This document shows positions 13,005-24,553 of a stretch of 64,000 bases of DNA, piece after piece. Within the stretch, counting starts at the first letter, position 1, and each line of letters starts with the position of its first letter. The DNA lies in the NCBI GenBank assembly GCA_030295235.1, contig AP026125.1, forward strand, positions 496,001 through 560,000, written 5' to 3'. This stretch comes from Fistulifera solaris (lineage: Eukaryota). Both the position numbers and the translations under genes were made by a program. The notes beneath the pieces were generated by a model. It did not search any database. It saw nothing but the letters and a program-made list of their open reading frames with translations, and was not told the origin of the DNA.

Positions 13005-13295
13005 TTCCAGAATTTCTGACGCTAAATGATGAGAAACACCGTGTCCAGATTTTCTGGAACCATATTTAGGATTATTATATAGTTTTTAAAAAAAACACAG
13101 AATTCTCCATGATCCATGCAACAAGGTCCAAAGTTTTGCAAAGCATTTCTGTGAGATGAAAACAATCGGTTCTGAATTTTTGGAACATTCACAGAATTTC
13201 AATATGAAAAGTTCGCGGTTTCCAGAATTTCTGGAATTAACACAGAAACGCTGTTTGTATGAAAACACCGTTTCCAAATTTTCTGGATAACGCGT
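13005..13295. repeat. Degenerate copies of satellite family B (left flank of array A)
   Basis: Contains TCCAGAATTTCTG(GA), GAGATGAAAACA and AAACGCTGTTTG blocks, colinear with the 19.1-20.2 kb array. Confidence 0.85.
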
Positions 13296-15564
13296 ATAAT
13301 CAAATGCCATGGAAATATTACAACTTCATTCAAAACGCAACTATTTGCGTCGAAAAGCATCCGTATCGTCGAGTGCCATTTTCACTATGATGGTAAAGTG
13401 TTGGTTGTACGCGACCGCGACTAAATTTCAGTCACATCAACATAAGGAAACGATGTTGAAACGCCACCAAAGTTGTCCACAAACAAAAGCGCGAAGTGTA
13501 TAATCAAATGCCGTGGAAATACAAATATATGAACTAACTATCATCTTCATTCGAAACGCAACTATTTGCGTCGAAAAGCATCCGTATCGTCGAGTGCCAT
13601 TTTCACTATCATGGTAAAGTGTTGGTTGTACGCGGTCGCAACTAATTTTCAGTCACGATCAACATAAGGAAACGATGTTGAAACGCCACCAAAGTTGTCC
13701 ACAAACAAAAGCGCGAAGTGTATAGTCAAATGCCATGGACAATACCAATATATGAACTAACTATCATCTTCATTCAAAACGCAACTATTTGCGTCGAAAA
13801 GCGTCCGTATCGTCGAGTGCCATTTTCACTATGATGGTAAAGTGTTGGTTGTACGCGACCGCGACTAATTTTCAGTCACGATCAACATAAGGAAACGATG
13901 TTGAAACGCCACCAAAGTTGTCCAAAAACAAAAGCGCGAAGTGTATAGTCAAATGCCATGGAACTACCAATGTATGAACTAACTATCATCTTCATTCGAA
14001 ACGCAACTATTTGCGTCGAAAAGCATCCGTATCGTCGAGTGCCATTTTCACTATCATGGTAAAGTGTTGGTTGTACGCGACCGCAACTAATTTTCAGTCA
14101 CGATCAACATAAGGAAACGATGTTGAAACGCCACCAAAGTTGTCCACAAACAAAAGCGCGAAGTGTATAATCAAATGCCATGGACAATACCAATATATGA
14201 ACTAACTATCATCTTCATTCAAAACGCGACTATTTGCGTCGAAAAGCGTCCGTATCGTCGAGTGCCATTTTCACTATGATGGTAAAGTGTTGGTTGTACG
14301 CGGTCGCAACTAATTTTCAGTCACGATCAACATAAGGAAACGATGTTGAAACGCCACCAAAGTTGTCCACAAACAAAAGCGCGAAGTGTATAGTCAAATG
14401 CCATTGAACTACCAATATATGAACTAACTATCAACTTCATTCGAAACGCAACTATTTGCGTCGAAAAGCGTCCGTATCGTCGAGTGCCATTTTCACTATG
14501 ATGGTAAAGTGTTGGTTGTACGCGACCGCAACTAATTTTCAGTCACGATCAACATAAGGAAACGATGTTGAAAACGCCACCAAAGTTGTCCACAAACAAA
14601 AGCGCGAAGTGTATAATCAAATGCCATGGACAATACCAATATATGAACTAACTATCATCTTCATTCAAAACGCGACTATTTGCGTCGAAAAGCGTCCGTA
14701 TCGTCGAGTGCCATTTTCACTATGATGGTAAAGTGTTGGTTGTACGCGACCGCGACTAAATTTCAGTCACATCAACATAAGGAAACGATGTTGAAACGCC
14801 ACCAAAGTTGTCCACAAACAAAAGCGCGAAGTGTATAATCAAATGCCGTGGAAATACAAATATATGAACTAACTATCATCTTCATTCGAAACGCGACTAT
14901 TTGCGTCGAAAAGCATCCGTATCGTCGAGTGCCATTTTCACTATGATGGTAAAGTGTTGGTTGTACGCGACCGCAACTAATTTTCAGTCACGATCAACAT
15001 AAGGAAACGATGTTGAAACGCCACCAAAGCTGTCCACAAACAGAAGCGCGAAGTGTATAATCAAATGCCATGGACAATACCAATATATGAACTAACTATC
15101 ATCTTCATTCGAAACGCAACTATTTGCGTCGAAAAGCGTCCGTATCGTCGAGTGCCATTTTCACTATGATGGTAAAGTGTTGGTTGTACGCGACCGCGAC
15201 TAATTTTCAGTCACATCAACATAAGGAAACGATGTTGAAACGCCACCAAAGTTGTCCACAAACAAAAGCGCGAAGTGTATAATCAAATGCCGTGGAAATA
15301 CAAATATATGAACTAACTATCATCTTCATTCGAAACGCAACTATTTGCGTCGAAAAGCATCCGTATCGTCGAGTTCCATTTTCACTATGAGGGTAAAGTG
15401 TTGGTTGTACGCGGTCGCGACTAATTTTCAGTCACGATCAACATAAGGAAACGATGTTGAAACGCCACCAAAGTTGTCCACAAACAAAAGCGCGAAGTGT
15501 ATAATCAAATGCCATAAAAATACCAATATATGAACTAACTATCATCTTCATTCGAAACGCAACT
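13296..15564. repeat. Satellite array A: 10 near-identical units of 221-224 bp
   Basis: Anchor GTGTTGGTTGTACGCG at 13398, 13619, 13842, 14064, 14287, 14509, 14733, 14954, 15177 and 15398. Confidence 0.97.
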
Positions 15565-15762
15565 ACGATCCATAACAACGAGGTCCAAAGTTTCTTGTAG
15601 TTGATGCACATAATTTCTATGAGATGAAAACACCCAGTCCAGAATTTCTGGAACATTCACAGAATTTCTGGAACATCCACTGAATTTCTGTAGGACGAGA
15701 TCGCGACTTTCAAAATTCCTGGAAACGTACACAGCAACGCTGTTCGTTGAGAAACGCACCGT
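15565..15762. repeat. Satellite family B unit (right flank of array A)
   Basis: GATCCATAACAACGAGGTCC...GAGATGAAAACAC..GTCCAGAATTTCTGGAACATTCACAGAATTTCTG matches the family B unit. Confidence 0.85.
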
Positions 15763-15894
15763 TGACCATTGATTTATTGAGGATATAATAAAGCGGAAGG
15801 CAATGAGATATTAATTAATTGTGCTTCTGCGTTTACCTTAACTAGCAATACATCACTTTCTTCCTTTCATCGACAATTAAAGAGCACAAGAAAG

Positions 15895-16308
15895 ATGGGT
15901 ACCGATAATCCAGGCAACATAATGGCTTCTGCCGTGGACGCAGAAGTCACTAAATTCAAAGTGCTGCAGCAAGAAATCACCAAATTTCGATCTGATCTTC
16001 AATTCGTTTTAGGTCAGAGGACAGAAAATGAAATGGTACAACAAGAATTGGATTTAATTGGGAACGATGGAATTGTGTATAAACGAATTGGCCCGGTACT
16101 TCTTCAACAGGAGGTAGACGAGGCTCGACAAACGGTGCAAAAGCGATTGGAATTCATTCAATCGGAAATTGACAAAATGGAATCAAAGATTGCCGCAAAA
16201 GAAAAAGAAGGAACCGAGATTGCTGTCAAAGTACAGCAAATGCAATCACAACTACAGCAGGTGACGGCGGAGGCAGTACGCGCCATTGCCGAACAACACG
16301 GAAAATAA
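15895..16308 (+). CDS. PFDN6: Prefoldin subunit 6
   Basis: QRTENEMVQQELD...VYKRIGPVLLQQEVDEARQTVQKRLEFI. Confidence 0.92.
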   Translation: MGTDNPGNIMASAVDAEVTKFKVLQQEITKFRSDLQFVLGQRTENEMVQQELDLIGNDGIVYKRIGPVLLQQEVDEARQTVQKRLEFIQSEIDKMESKIAAKEKEGTEIAVKVQQMQSQLQQVTAEAVRAIAEQHGK

Positions 16309-16352
16309 AATTATACAGAGTTTACAAGCTGTGGATGTAATCATTCTTATAA

Positions 16353-18784
16353 TTAATCTGAATCATCATCGGACCAATCCACTCCTTCTTGAACAGCATC
16401 ATCCTCTTCCAAGGCTTTCTCGTCAATTGGTGCTTGCGGCGTCTTCGTCTTTTTCGACTTTTGCTTCTTTTTCGTCTTCGGCTTTTGCGTCGGAGCATCG
16501 CCTTGATCGTCATCTTCATCGCTTTCTTCTGCCTTCGTGGGTCGTTTCTTTTCTTCGGCTACCCGATTTTCTTTCATTCGCTCGTCGAGTAATTTCTGCT
16601 CCCTCTGAACCGACTCGTCATGACGGTCTCTCATTGTCTTCATCGATGTTGGACGAAGACATTCTAGTTGCTGAATGTCCTTGGGTGATTCTTGTAGTTT
16701 TTGCCGGGCTTGTACAGCAAACGCCGAATACTTTTCACATGTTTCGATACAGCCCTTGGCCATGGCACGCCATCTCGGTTGACGCGACGATTCCTTGGAA
16801 AAGGTACGAAGACGCTGGATAATGCGACTCGAGTATTCGGGAAAACCGGCTGAGAAACGGTACAGTTCAATGTCGCGATTCAGCAAGACAAAGAAGGCAT
16901 TCATACTGGCCTGCATTTGCTCGTGAGTCCGTAACGCATCTTCTTTGGATCCAAGCTTCAATATCAATTCCATTTGAGGCGGATTTTCAGCCTTCTTCGT
17001 TTTCTTCGGATGCAAATACCACTCTTTCAAGTCGAGCGACTCTAACAGAAGGGCACTTGTCGGAATGAAGGTCTGTGAAAATGCGGCTAATTGCTGAAGA
17101 AGCCGAATGCAATGAAACCGATACGGTAAGTTTCGTGTGGGAGAAGGAGTGAAGCGAAGGGTGCCCATAATAACTTCGGTCAAGGGATAAATCAAGGAGC
17201 GCATCAATGAATCTTCTTCAATTGTAGAGTCGCATAAGACAGCAACCCAGAGCTTCAGGCAGTGAAGATATTGCCAATGATAAACTTGTTGCATGGCTTC
17301 CTTCGTCTTCTTGTGCATCGCCGTACGAAGAAGCAAAGCCAATTGACGAATGTACACAAATGCATGCTGATACGATGAGTGGTGATCCAAGCTGTACAAT
17401 TCACAAAGGCAGTTGCCCATAAAGGTCAGAGTAGGAAGGACGGAAGAAACAGAGGCTCCTGTCCCAAATTTGGCTCGCTTGGCATAGGCAAGGTACGTCT
17501 TTTTCAATATATCTTCGATAAACGGAAATGGCTGAGTCAAAGCTAATTGCCGAATGCGGAGAAATGCATTCAATCGCACAACTTGGTACTTTTCAGAAGT
17601 ATCCAGTGGTGCTGACCAGAGTGCAGTCAAGCTCTTGAGCATGGCCGACGCTAATCGGGGAAAGGGCGTTAAGTAGCGATTCAACTTCGCCAATGCTTTC
17701 AACACAAACACTAGTAAATCCGGTTCCTTCGCTTCTGACATGACGTGAAGTGTTGATTTGAAAAACGACTGGATTATAAGGCGGAGTTGAGGCCACCTTT
17801 CGGCTTTTTCAAGAAGTTTGGGGTTTAAAGGCTTATCGTCTTCGACGGTCGCTTCTTTGTCATCTTTTGCAGGAATTATGTCGTTCGTTTCCTCCTTTTG
17901 TTCGGAGCGCAGCAAATGATAATGAAATTCTTCGTGAATTCTATTCAAACACAAGAGCATCAGTTCATCAAATATCTTCGACGAGTCGATAATGTAAGGG
18001 CTACTCCCTTTGTCCTCGTCGGCTGCATCGGAAAGATGACAAGCAGCCTTGTACGCCACCACCAGCTTCTTGAGACTTTTCAATCCGTGGGACTTAAATG
18101 TTCCTTTTCCAAGGACGCAAGGACACTAGCAGTGAGATGAACTTTGTCATTTCCTCCCTCGTCGTCGCCATCATCATCTTTCATGTCGTCGTCGTCATCG
18201 TCGTCATCGCCAAACTCCAACAGCGACTCCTCATTTTCCTTCAAAAATTCATGAAACTCAGGATCTGCCTCTTTCATTTTAGCCATTTCAATTTTCATTC
18301 GCTCTTCAGCCGCATCAAGGTCTTCGTCGTCGCTATCGTCACTTTCTGACGAGTCACTCTGCTGATTCTTTGACTGCTTCAACCCTTTCTTTCCGGATTT
18401 ATCTTCCGCCATAAAATCGTCCTCACTCTCCGAATCGCTTGCGGAGTCCTCATTTTCCGAGTCATCGGCAGCGTTTGACTTCTTCTTGTCCAACTTGTGT
18501 AGAGCATCACCGGCAACATCGCCCGGCAGGGTGTCAGTAAGCTTTTCGAAAAAGCTATCAATATCCAAGTCCCCCAAATTATTGTCACCAAGAAAATCAT
18601 TGGGTCTAGACTGATTTCCCAAGGGCTGCTGTTCCGACGCTGTCGACTTTTCCGTACGGCCCGCCGTGCTCTTTTTCTGGCGTTTTCGTGGTTTGCCTTT
18701 CGTGGCCATACCGCCTCGTTCCAGTCGACGCTTTACCCCTCCGGACGCCTGAAACTTGCGTTCTCGCTTAGTTGGTTTCCCCAT
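16353..18784 (-). CDS. NOC2L: Nucleolar complex protein 2 homolog
   Basis: MGKPTKRERKF start, KEADPEFHEFLKENEESLLEF, YQHAFVYIRQLALLLR, VYHWQY..CLKLW and LIYPL motifs. Frameshift in the T run at ~18105-18108. Confidence 0.9.
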
Positions 18785-19119
18785 GATTTCGCAAATTAAT
18801 TGTCACTAAACCTTTTGCCGACTGGGAAAATAGATTTTTTTGGTTGGCTTTGAAAGAAAAACTCCACCCGTGTACCGACGGACACCAGACGATCACTTTA
18901 CTCTACATCTAAAGTGTAAGATTACTTTTCCACGACTGAGTACCAGTCATGAATCATGGTACTGTCAACTAATCGCTAGCTTTGCAACCTCTGTTAAAGG
19001 ACGCGAATCAGCACTAAGCATTATCAATTCACGCCTCGTATTTGCACCGATAAGCCGTGGGGAATGTTGTGCATACACACTCCCTCGGCCCACAACTTAA
19101 TGAGAGCGTCAATGACTGT

Positions 19120-20172
19120 GAATTATTTCTGGAACATCAACAGAATTTCTGTATGATGAGATCGCGATTTCCAGATTATCTGGAATTCGCACTGAAACGC
19201 TGTTTGTTGACAAACACCGAGTCCAAACTTTCTGGAAATAACATGGAACTTGTATGATCCATACCTAGTAGCAAGGATGTCGAACGTTTCTTGAACGTCC
19301 ACATAATTTCTGTGATATGAAAACACTTGGTCCAGAATTTCTGGACCATCCGCAGAATTTCTGTATGATGAGATCGCGGTTTCCAGAATTTCTGGAATTT
19401 ACTGTGAAACGCTGTTTGTTGAAAAATAGCGTGTTTTGTATGATCCATTACAACGAGGTCGAACGTTCCCATAATTTCTGTGCGATGAAATCACCTGGTC
19501 CAGAATTTCTGTATGATGAGATCGCGTTTTCCAGAATTTCTGGAATTTACTGTGAAATGCTGTTTGTTGAAAATACCGTGTCCAGACTTTCTGGAACTTG
19601 CACGGAATCCTTGAATGATCTTAACAACGAGGTCCAACGTTCCTTGAACGTGCACATATTTTCTGTGAAATGAAAACACTTGGTCCAGAATTTCTGGACC
19701 ATTCACAGAATTTCTGTATGATGAGATCGCGGTTTCCAGAATTTCTGGAATACTGTGAAACGCTGTTTGTTGAAAATACCGTGTCCAGACTTTCTATAAT
19801 TTGCACGGAATCCTTGTATGGCCCATTATAGCAAGGTCCGACGTTTCACGAACGTCCACATAATTTCTGTGAGATGAAAACACGTGGTCCAGAATTTCTG
19901 GACCATTCTCAGAACTTCTGTATGATGATGAGATGGCGGTTTCCAGAATTTCTGGAATTGAGACAGAAACGCTGTTTATTGAAATATCCCGTATCCAGAC
20001 TTTCGGGAATTTGCACGGAATCCTTGTATGGCCCATTATACTGTAACGAGGTCCGACGTTTCTTTAACTTCCTCATAATTTCTGTGAGATGAAAACACGT
20101 GGTCCAGAATTTCTGGACCTTCCACAGAATTTCTCTATGATGAGATCGCGTTTTCCAGAATTTCTGGAATTT
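19120..20172. repeat. Satellite array B: ~5 diverged units of ~205-210 bp (one internally deleted), rich in the palindrome TCCAGAATTTCTGGA
   Basis: Anchor AAA(C/T)GCTGTTT at 19195, 19407, 19555, 19758 and 19967. Several TCCAGAATTTCTGGA copies or variants per unit. Confidence 0.92.
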
Positions 20173-20356
20173 TTACTCAGTTCACACTCAACTAACTCTT
20201 TCTTCATCATGCTCCTAATTTGAACATATTTATTGCTTATTATTATCAATTAGGCACACACACACAGCCCCTTCACTGAAAGAAGCTTTTTTCGCTATTT
20301 CACCGGAAGATTTGTTTGCCCAATTCGTCGCGAGTGAGTGAAGAAAAGCACATAAA

Positions 20357-21502
20357 ATGAGACATCGATGTCGGAAGCTTGCCGCTTTTCTTATTCTACC
20401 TACCGGCGTGGTATCATCATTCGCTGTGCCGGTGTATTTTGATTCAACCAATCATTTCCATCGCGACTTACAGTACCATCCCGAGCAACCAGAACGCATT
20501 GCGGCGTGTCTTCGGGAATTGGAAAAACATCATCAGAGGAATCCTGGAACCGTTGACCTAATTGATGTTGCAGAAGCACCTTCTGGTTCATTTTCGAATA
20601 CTTCGCACACACACGATGGGTTTTCGGCGGCGGAATTATCTCACGTGGAAGCGATGCTGCTCAAAGTTCACACCGAAGACACTGTTGTGCAGTTGAAACA
20701 GCGATGCCACCGATCCAAGCAGAAACGACTGGACGAAGGAAAACCCGCATTGGGTCATATCGGCTATTTGGATTCAGATACTTACGTGACTACAGAAACA
20801 TACGACGTTTGCTTGCGAGCGACGGCGGCATGGTTTCGTGCGGCAGATTTTGTTTGGAAGAATGGCGGTGGTGCCATGGCCCTGACCCGACCACCGGGAC
20901 ACCACGCTACCCAGAGCGAATCAAATGGATTCTGTCTTTTCAATTTTGCCGCTGCTTCCGTTGCTCACATATTAGAAAGAAATCCGAGCGCCAAAGTGAG
21001 TGTGCTGGATTGGGATGTCCATTACGGTCAAGGGGTAGCCAATATTTTGATGGACGAACCACGGGCACGGTATGTCTCAATCCATCAGCATGGCGCGTTT
21101 CCTTTCATGGGACAAGTCCTCAAGACCCATGGAGAGCATAACAATGTGCTAACTATACCCATATCGCCCGATACAACATGGAACAGTGGATACAAAGATC
21201 GCTTCGAAATGGCCCTCGATTTTATTTGCAAACAAAATGAGTGGATACCGGACATTGTCATCATCTGCGGTGGTTATGATGCTCTCAAAAGCGACGAATT
21301 AGCCAGCGTGGATCTAAACTCTGAAGACTATGGAACAATGACGGAATTGCTGATTCGACATTTAAAGGCAAGTGCAGGGAGGGAGGTTCCAAAGATTATG
21401 GTAGGACTAGAAGGAGGGTATCAACTGAGTCCTACAGCCGCTGGTGGGAATTTACAGGACGCAATCATTGAAACAGTTAAAGCAATTTCTAGTATCAAGT
21501 AG
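20357..21502 (+). CDS. Zn-dependent histone deacetylase family protein, likely plastid-targeted
   Basis: HPEQPERI, RPPGHHA, GFCLFN, LDWDVHYGQG and LEGGY motifs. The N-terminal signal peptide ends VSS-FAV. Confidence 0.9.
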   Translation: MRHRCRKLAAFLILPTGVVSSFAVPVYFDSTNHFHRDLQYHPEQPERIAACLRELEKHHQRNPGTVDLIDVAEAPSGSFSNTSHTHDGFSAAELSHVEAMLLKVHTEDTVVQLKQRCHRSKQKRLDEGKPALGHIGYLDSDTYVTTETYDVCLRATAAWFRAADFVWKNGGGAMALTRPPGHHATQSESNGFCLFNFAAASVAHILERNPSAKVSVLDWDVHYGQGVANILMDEPRARYVSIHQHGAFPFMGQVLKTHGEHNNVLTIPISPDTTWNSGYKDRFEMALDFICKQNEWIPDIVIICGGYDALKSDELASVDLNSEDYGTMTELLIRHLKASAGREVPKIMVGLEGGYQLSPTAAGGNLQDAIIETVKAISSIK

Positions 21503-21721
21503 CTTGCGGTCACACATTTTGCAACTGAGGTTTGAGTGTTTTTTTCCTTTGAAATGCGGCTCCCTTAGTAGGTACAGTACCGGTGCGAACGCGGTTGATT
21601 TTTAGGGCGACACGCGATGCGAGATGCGATGCAGGCGACAAACTTCCTTCAATTGCGATCAATAATAATATCTTTTGCGATTTCTGTCAGCTGTAAAAAG
21701 TCTTTATCCATCGTAACAAAA

Positions 21722-23334
21722 ATGGATTCTAGCGATTCGTCTTTGTCGACCGACAAAAGAAGCGACGGAAGTCATCAAAGAGTCGAAAGCGGGAGGAGCG
21801 CAAGCCGTGGAAGAGGCGACGATCAGATTACGACGATGATTCTACTTCTTCCAGTGACGATGACAGTTCCTATCGAAGATACCGAAAGAGAGAGAGAAAA
21901 GAGCGAAAGAAACACAAGAAGGACAAAAAGAAAGTGAAGAAAGAAAAGAAGAGGGCTAGTAGAGACGAAGACGACTCCAGCTGTGGGGAGTCCGACCCTT
22001 TACACAGAAATTATGAGCTAGCGGATGCTCTTTTGAACATGCTGGAAGGCCACCCTGCGCTAGTTGAAGACTTTCCTATTATGTTGATTCGATTAGCAAG
22101 CGGAACTACATTTGATCTGAGCCAAATGTCGGACCAAGATGCCGCCCATTGCCTTGCACAAGTCTTCACCAAGTTACAACCATTCGGCGTGACGAAAGAT
22201 CATGCCGGTGCCTGGTGTTGGGAAGGAGGCAGTCGCTCATCGAATCCTACTCACAACGAGCAAATCGTTCTGGTGAAGCTGGTACGCGCCATGTTGGATC
22301 AAATAGGTTTCACTATGCAGGCAATTGAGCGTCACGATAATCCGGATATTCCTTCCGCCGCCGAAAGGGTTCAGACCAACAACACAACGGAAGAGATAAC
22401 TTACATGACAGCAGGTACATTACGAGAATTTAAGCCAGAACTGGCGCAGGAGCTAGCGGGCCTGTGTCGAATGATATTAGACGGGGAAAGTATTGCTCTG
22501 GATGGTCTCGAGGATGATCGTCTTCGCAACGCTCTTGAGTATATTTTCAAGGAATGCGGACTAGAGAAATTAGAGATGGAAAATGACGACAAAGAAGACG
22601 ACGACAGTGTTGCATTTGGTTATGGTCTCCCACAGGCTGCTAACGAAGAGTCAAAAGCGAGAATACGTTGTGTGATGCAAACCTGCGAGGAAACAGCGCA
22701 AAAACCTATTGTTAAAGGCCCTTTGAAGCCACCGAGTTCCTACACAAACCAGGTGGATGCCCTCTATGATAATTCCGGGTCTTCCGACGAAGAAGGTCCT
22801 GCCATGGTAGGATCCGCACGACAAAACAAGGGTCTATCAAAAGACCTCGTGGCCGCCCAAGCCGCTTTACGCAGTCGCCAGCTCGCGAATGCAAAACAAG
22901 GCATTGATGTCTCCACCGCGGAAGCAATGGAGGGACAATCACGAGAAGAATGGATGGTCGTACCGGGTAAACAATTCGATTTTTTAAGCGCCGTCAAGGC
23001 GGGCAAACCTATGACAAGTCGAAAATTCGGCGCCCAAAGCAAAGTAGATTTAGCAAAGCAAGGCGAATCGATTCATCCGTCGATACAAGCCGAGATCCAG
23101 GCCATCAAAGAAGCCCACGAAGAGTCGCGTGGTCCTTCACTGATGGAGCAGCATCGGGAGAGAAAGTTACAAGAACAGGCAGAAGCAGCCGCTTCTGGAA
23201 AGAGCGAGTCTTGGAAATGGAATCGCGAAAAAGATCTCGATTCGGGAAGACGTGTCGACAAAGACGCCTTGGGTATGATTCTGGGTAGTGCTGGCACTGA
23301 ATTGAAGTCCAAATTTCACGGCGGCTTTGGTTGA
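21722..23334 (+). CDS. DUF3752/GPALPP1-like protein
   Basis: C-terminal REEWMVVP, GPSLMEQH, WNREKDL and LKSKF motifs. The K/R/D-rich N-terminus joins the main ORF if one A is added at ~21754-21758. Confidence 0.7.
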
Positions 23335-23367
23335 TGCGGCATCACATGTTAAGAAAAATCATTCCAT

Positions 23368-24132
23368 TTAAATTGTCACAACTCTTCGTTTCGCCCGTCT
23401 TTTTCTCTCAATAGGTTTCTCAGCTTTCTCTTGCAAATCTTTGAAGTATTCGCTCAGCATCTTATCTACTTCATCGTCCCGCCCCTTACGATACCCCGCT
23501 AAAAATTCAGCGACGCAATCTGACGCGAGGCGCATCATATCCCTCGCGAACTCTTTCAAATCTTCCGTGGATCGTATTCCGGTTCGATCTTCGACTTGTT
23601 TTCGCAATGTATCCGCTTCCTCCCTAAGAAATGTAACATTCCGTTTCACGTTTTTCTGTATTTTCTTTCCCGTCTTTTCAATTTCTGTCTCTTCTAGTTC
23701 GTCTGATTTAACTACTTCATCGACTTTTGTTGCGGTCTTTTCCGGTTTGTCTTCGACCAGAAATCCACTGGAAGTAAAAAATCCTTTCCATGTACTTTTG
23801 TATTCCACCCACGCCATGGAAAATGTTTTGTGAAAGGAGGCAAAGCTGTCAAAGCCTCGACTGGTGCGGGCGTAAGGATTCGGTTCGTCTTTGTACGGAT
23901 TCGGAAACAAGATATCGGCTACCGTCCGGGTATCCACTGCGTCATCTTGATTGTCGTAGAAAGCAGTTGTCTTGGAAAGCTTGTTCTGTCGCCGGAATTG
24001 CTGGAGTTCACGTCGACGTCGGGCTCTACCGGAAGTGTAACTAAAGAACGACGGTGACGATGAAAAGCAGCGGTAACCGCGAGAAATCAACGATTTTGGA
24101 ACAGCGTAAGTGGAAGCAAAGAGGGGCATCAT
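23368..24132 (-). CDS. Hypothetical protein, probable mitochondrial presequence
   Basis: 254-aa intact ORF with an R/S-rich N-terminus; ends EFLAGYRKGRDDEV. Confidence 0.7.
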   Translation of the reverse strand: MMPLFASTYAVPKSLISRGYRCFSSSPSFFSYTSGRARRRRELQQFRRQNKLSKTTAFYDNQDDAVDTRTVADILFPNPYKDEPNPYARTSRGFDSFASFHKTFSMAWVEYKSTWKGFFTSSGFLVEDKPEKTATKVDEVVKSDELEETEIEKTGKKIQKNVKRNVTFLREEADTLRKQVEDRTGIRSTEDLKEFARDMMRLASDCVAEFLAGYRKGRDDEVDKMLSEYFKDLQEKAEKPIERKRRAKRRVVTI

Positions 24133-24553
24133 TTTAGACTCAAAACATTGATCAGTAAATATCGAAAGCTGAAAGTAAATAAATTATAGTCTTCTGAAAT
24201 AGGGCTGCGCGATCAATGCGATGTGCGATGAAACGCATAAACGTGCGAAATGATGGTTCTACATCACATTTTTTATTAAAGATGAGGTTATGTGTATGGC
24301 GTATGGAGTCAATATGAAAGTGACGTCATGATTGTTCGCTGTAGCTGTAGCTGTAGCAACAGCTTCTGTCTGATCGATACTCTCAAAGCTTTTCCGCAAA
24401 AAGATCCAAACCGTTCTTTTTCATTTTCCATCAAGCTCGTTCGATCGAATGCTCACAAAAAGCATCGCAAACACCTACCTCAGAACTGAAGAAAAAGGCC
24501 GCCCGAATACTCATAATATCATCAACTGAAGCCAGTATCTACATCCAGGAATA

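Noticed and set aside
13296..15564. CRISPR-like array
   Set aside because: Whole units are near-identical with no unique spacers, there are no cas genes, and the context is eukaryotic.
16353..18784. NOC2L and other split genes as pseudogenes or programmed frameshifts
   Set aside because: Single homopolymer indels in conserved genes with otherwise intact frames are more parsimoniously explained by sequencing error.
19120..20172. CRISPR array based on palindromic TCCAGAATTTCTGGA repeats
   Set aside because: The intervening sequences are themselves repeated in a ~205-bp period, and the repeat is too short.
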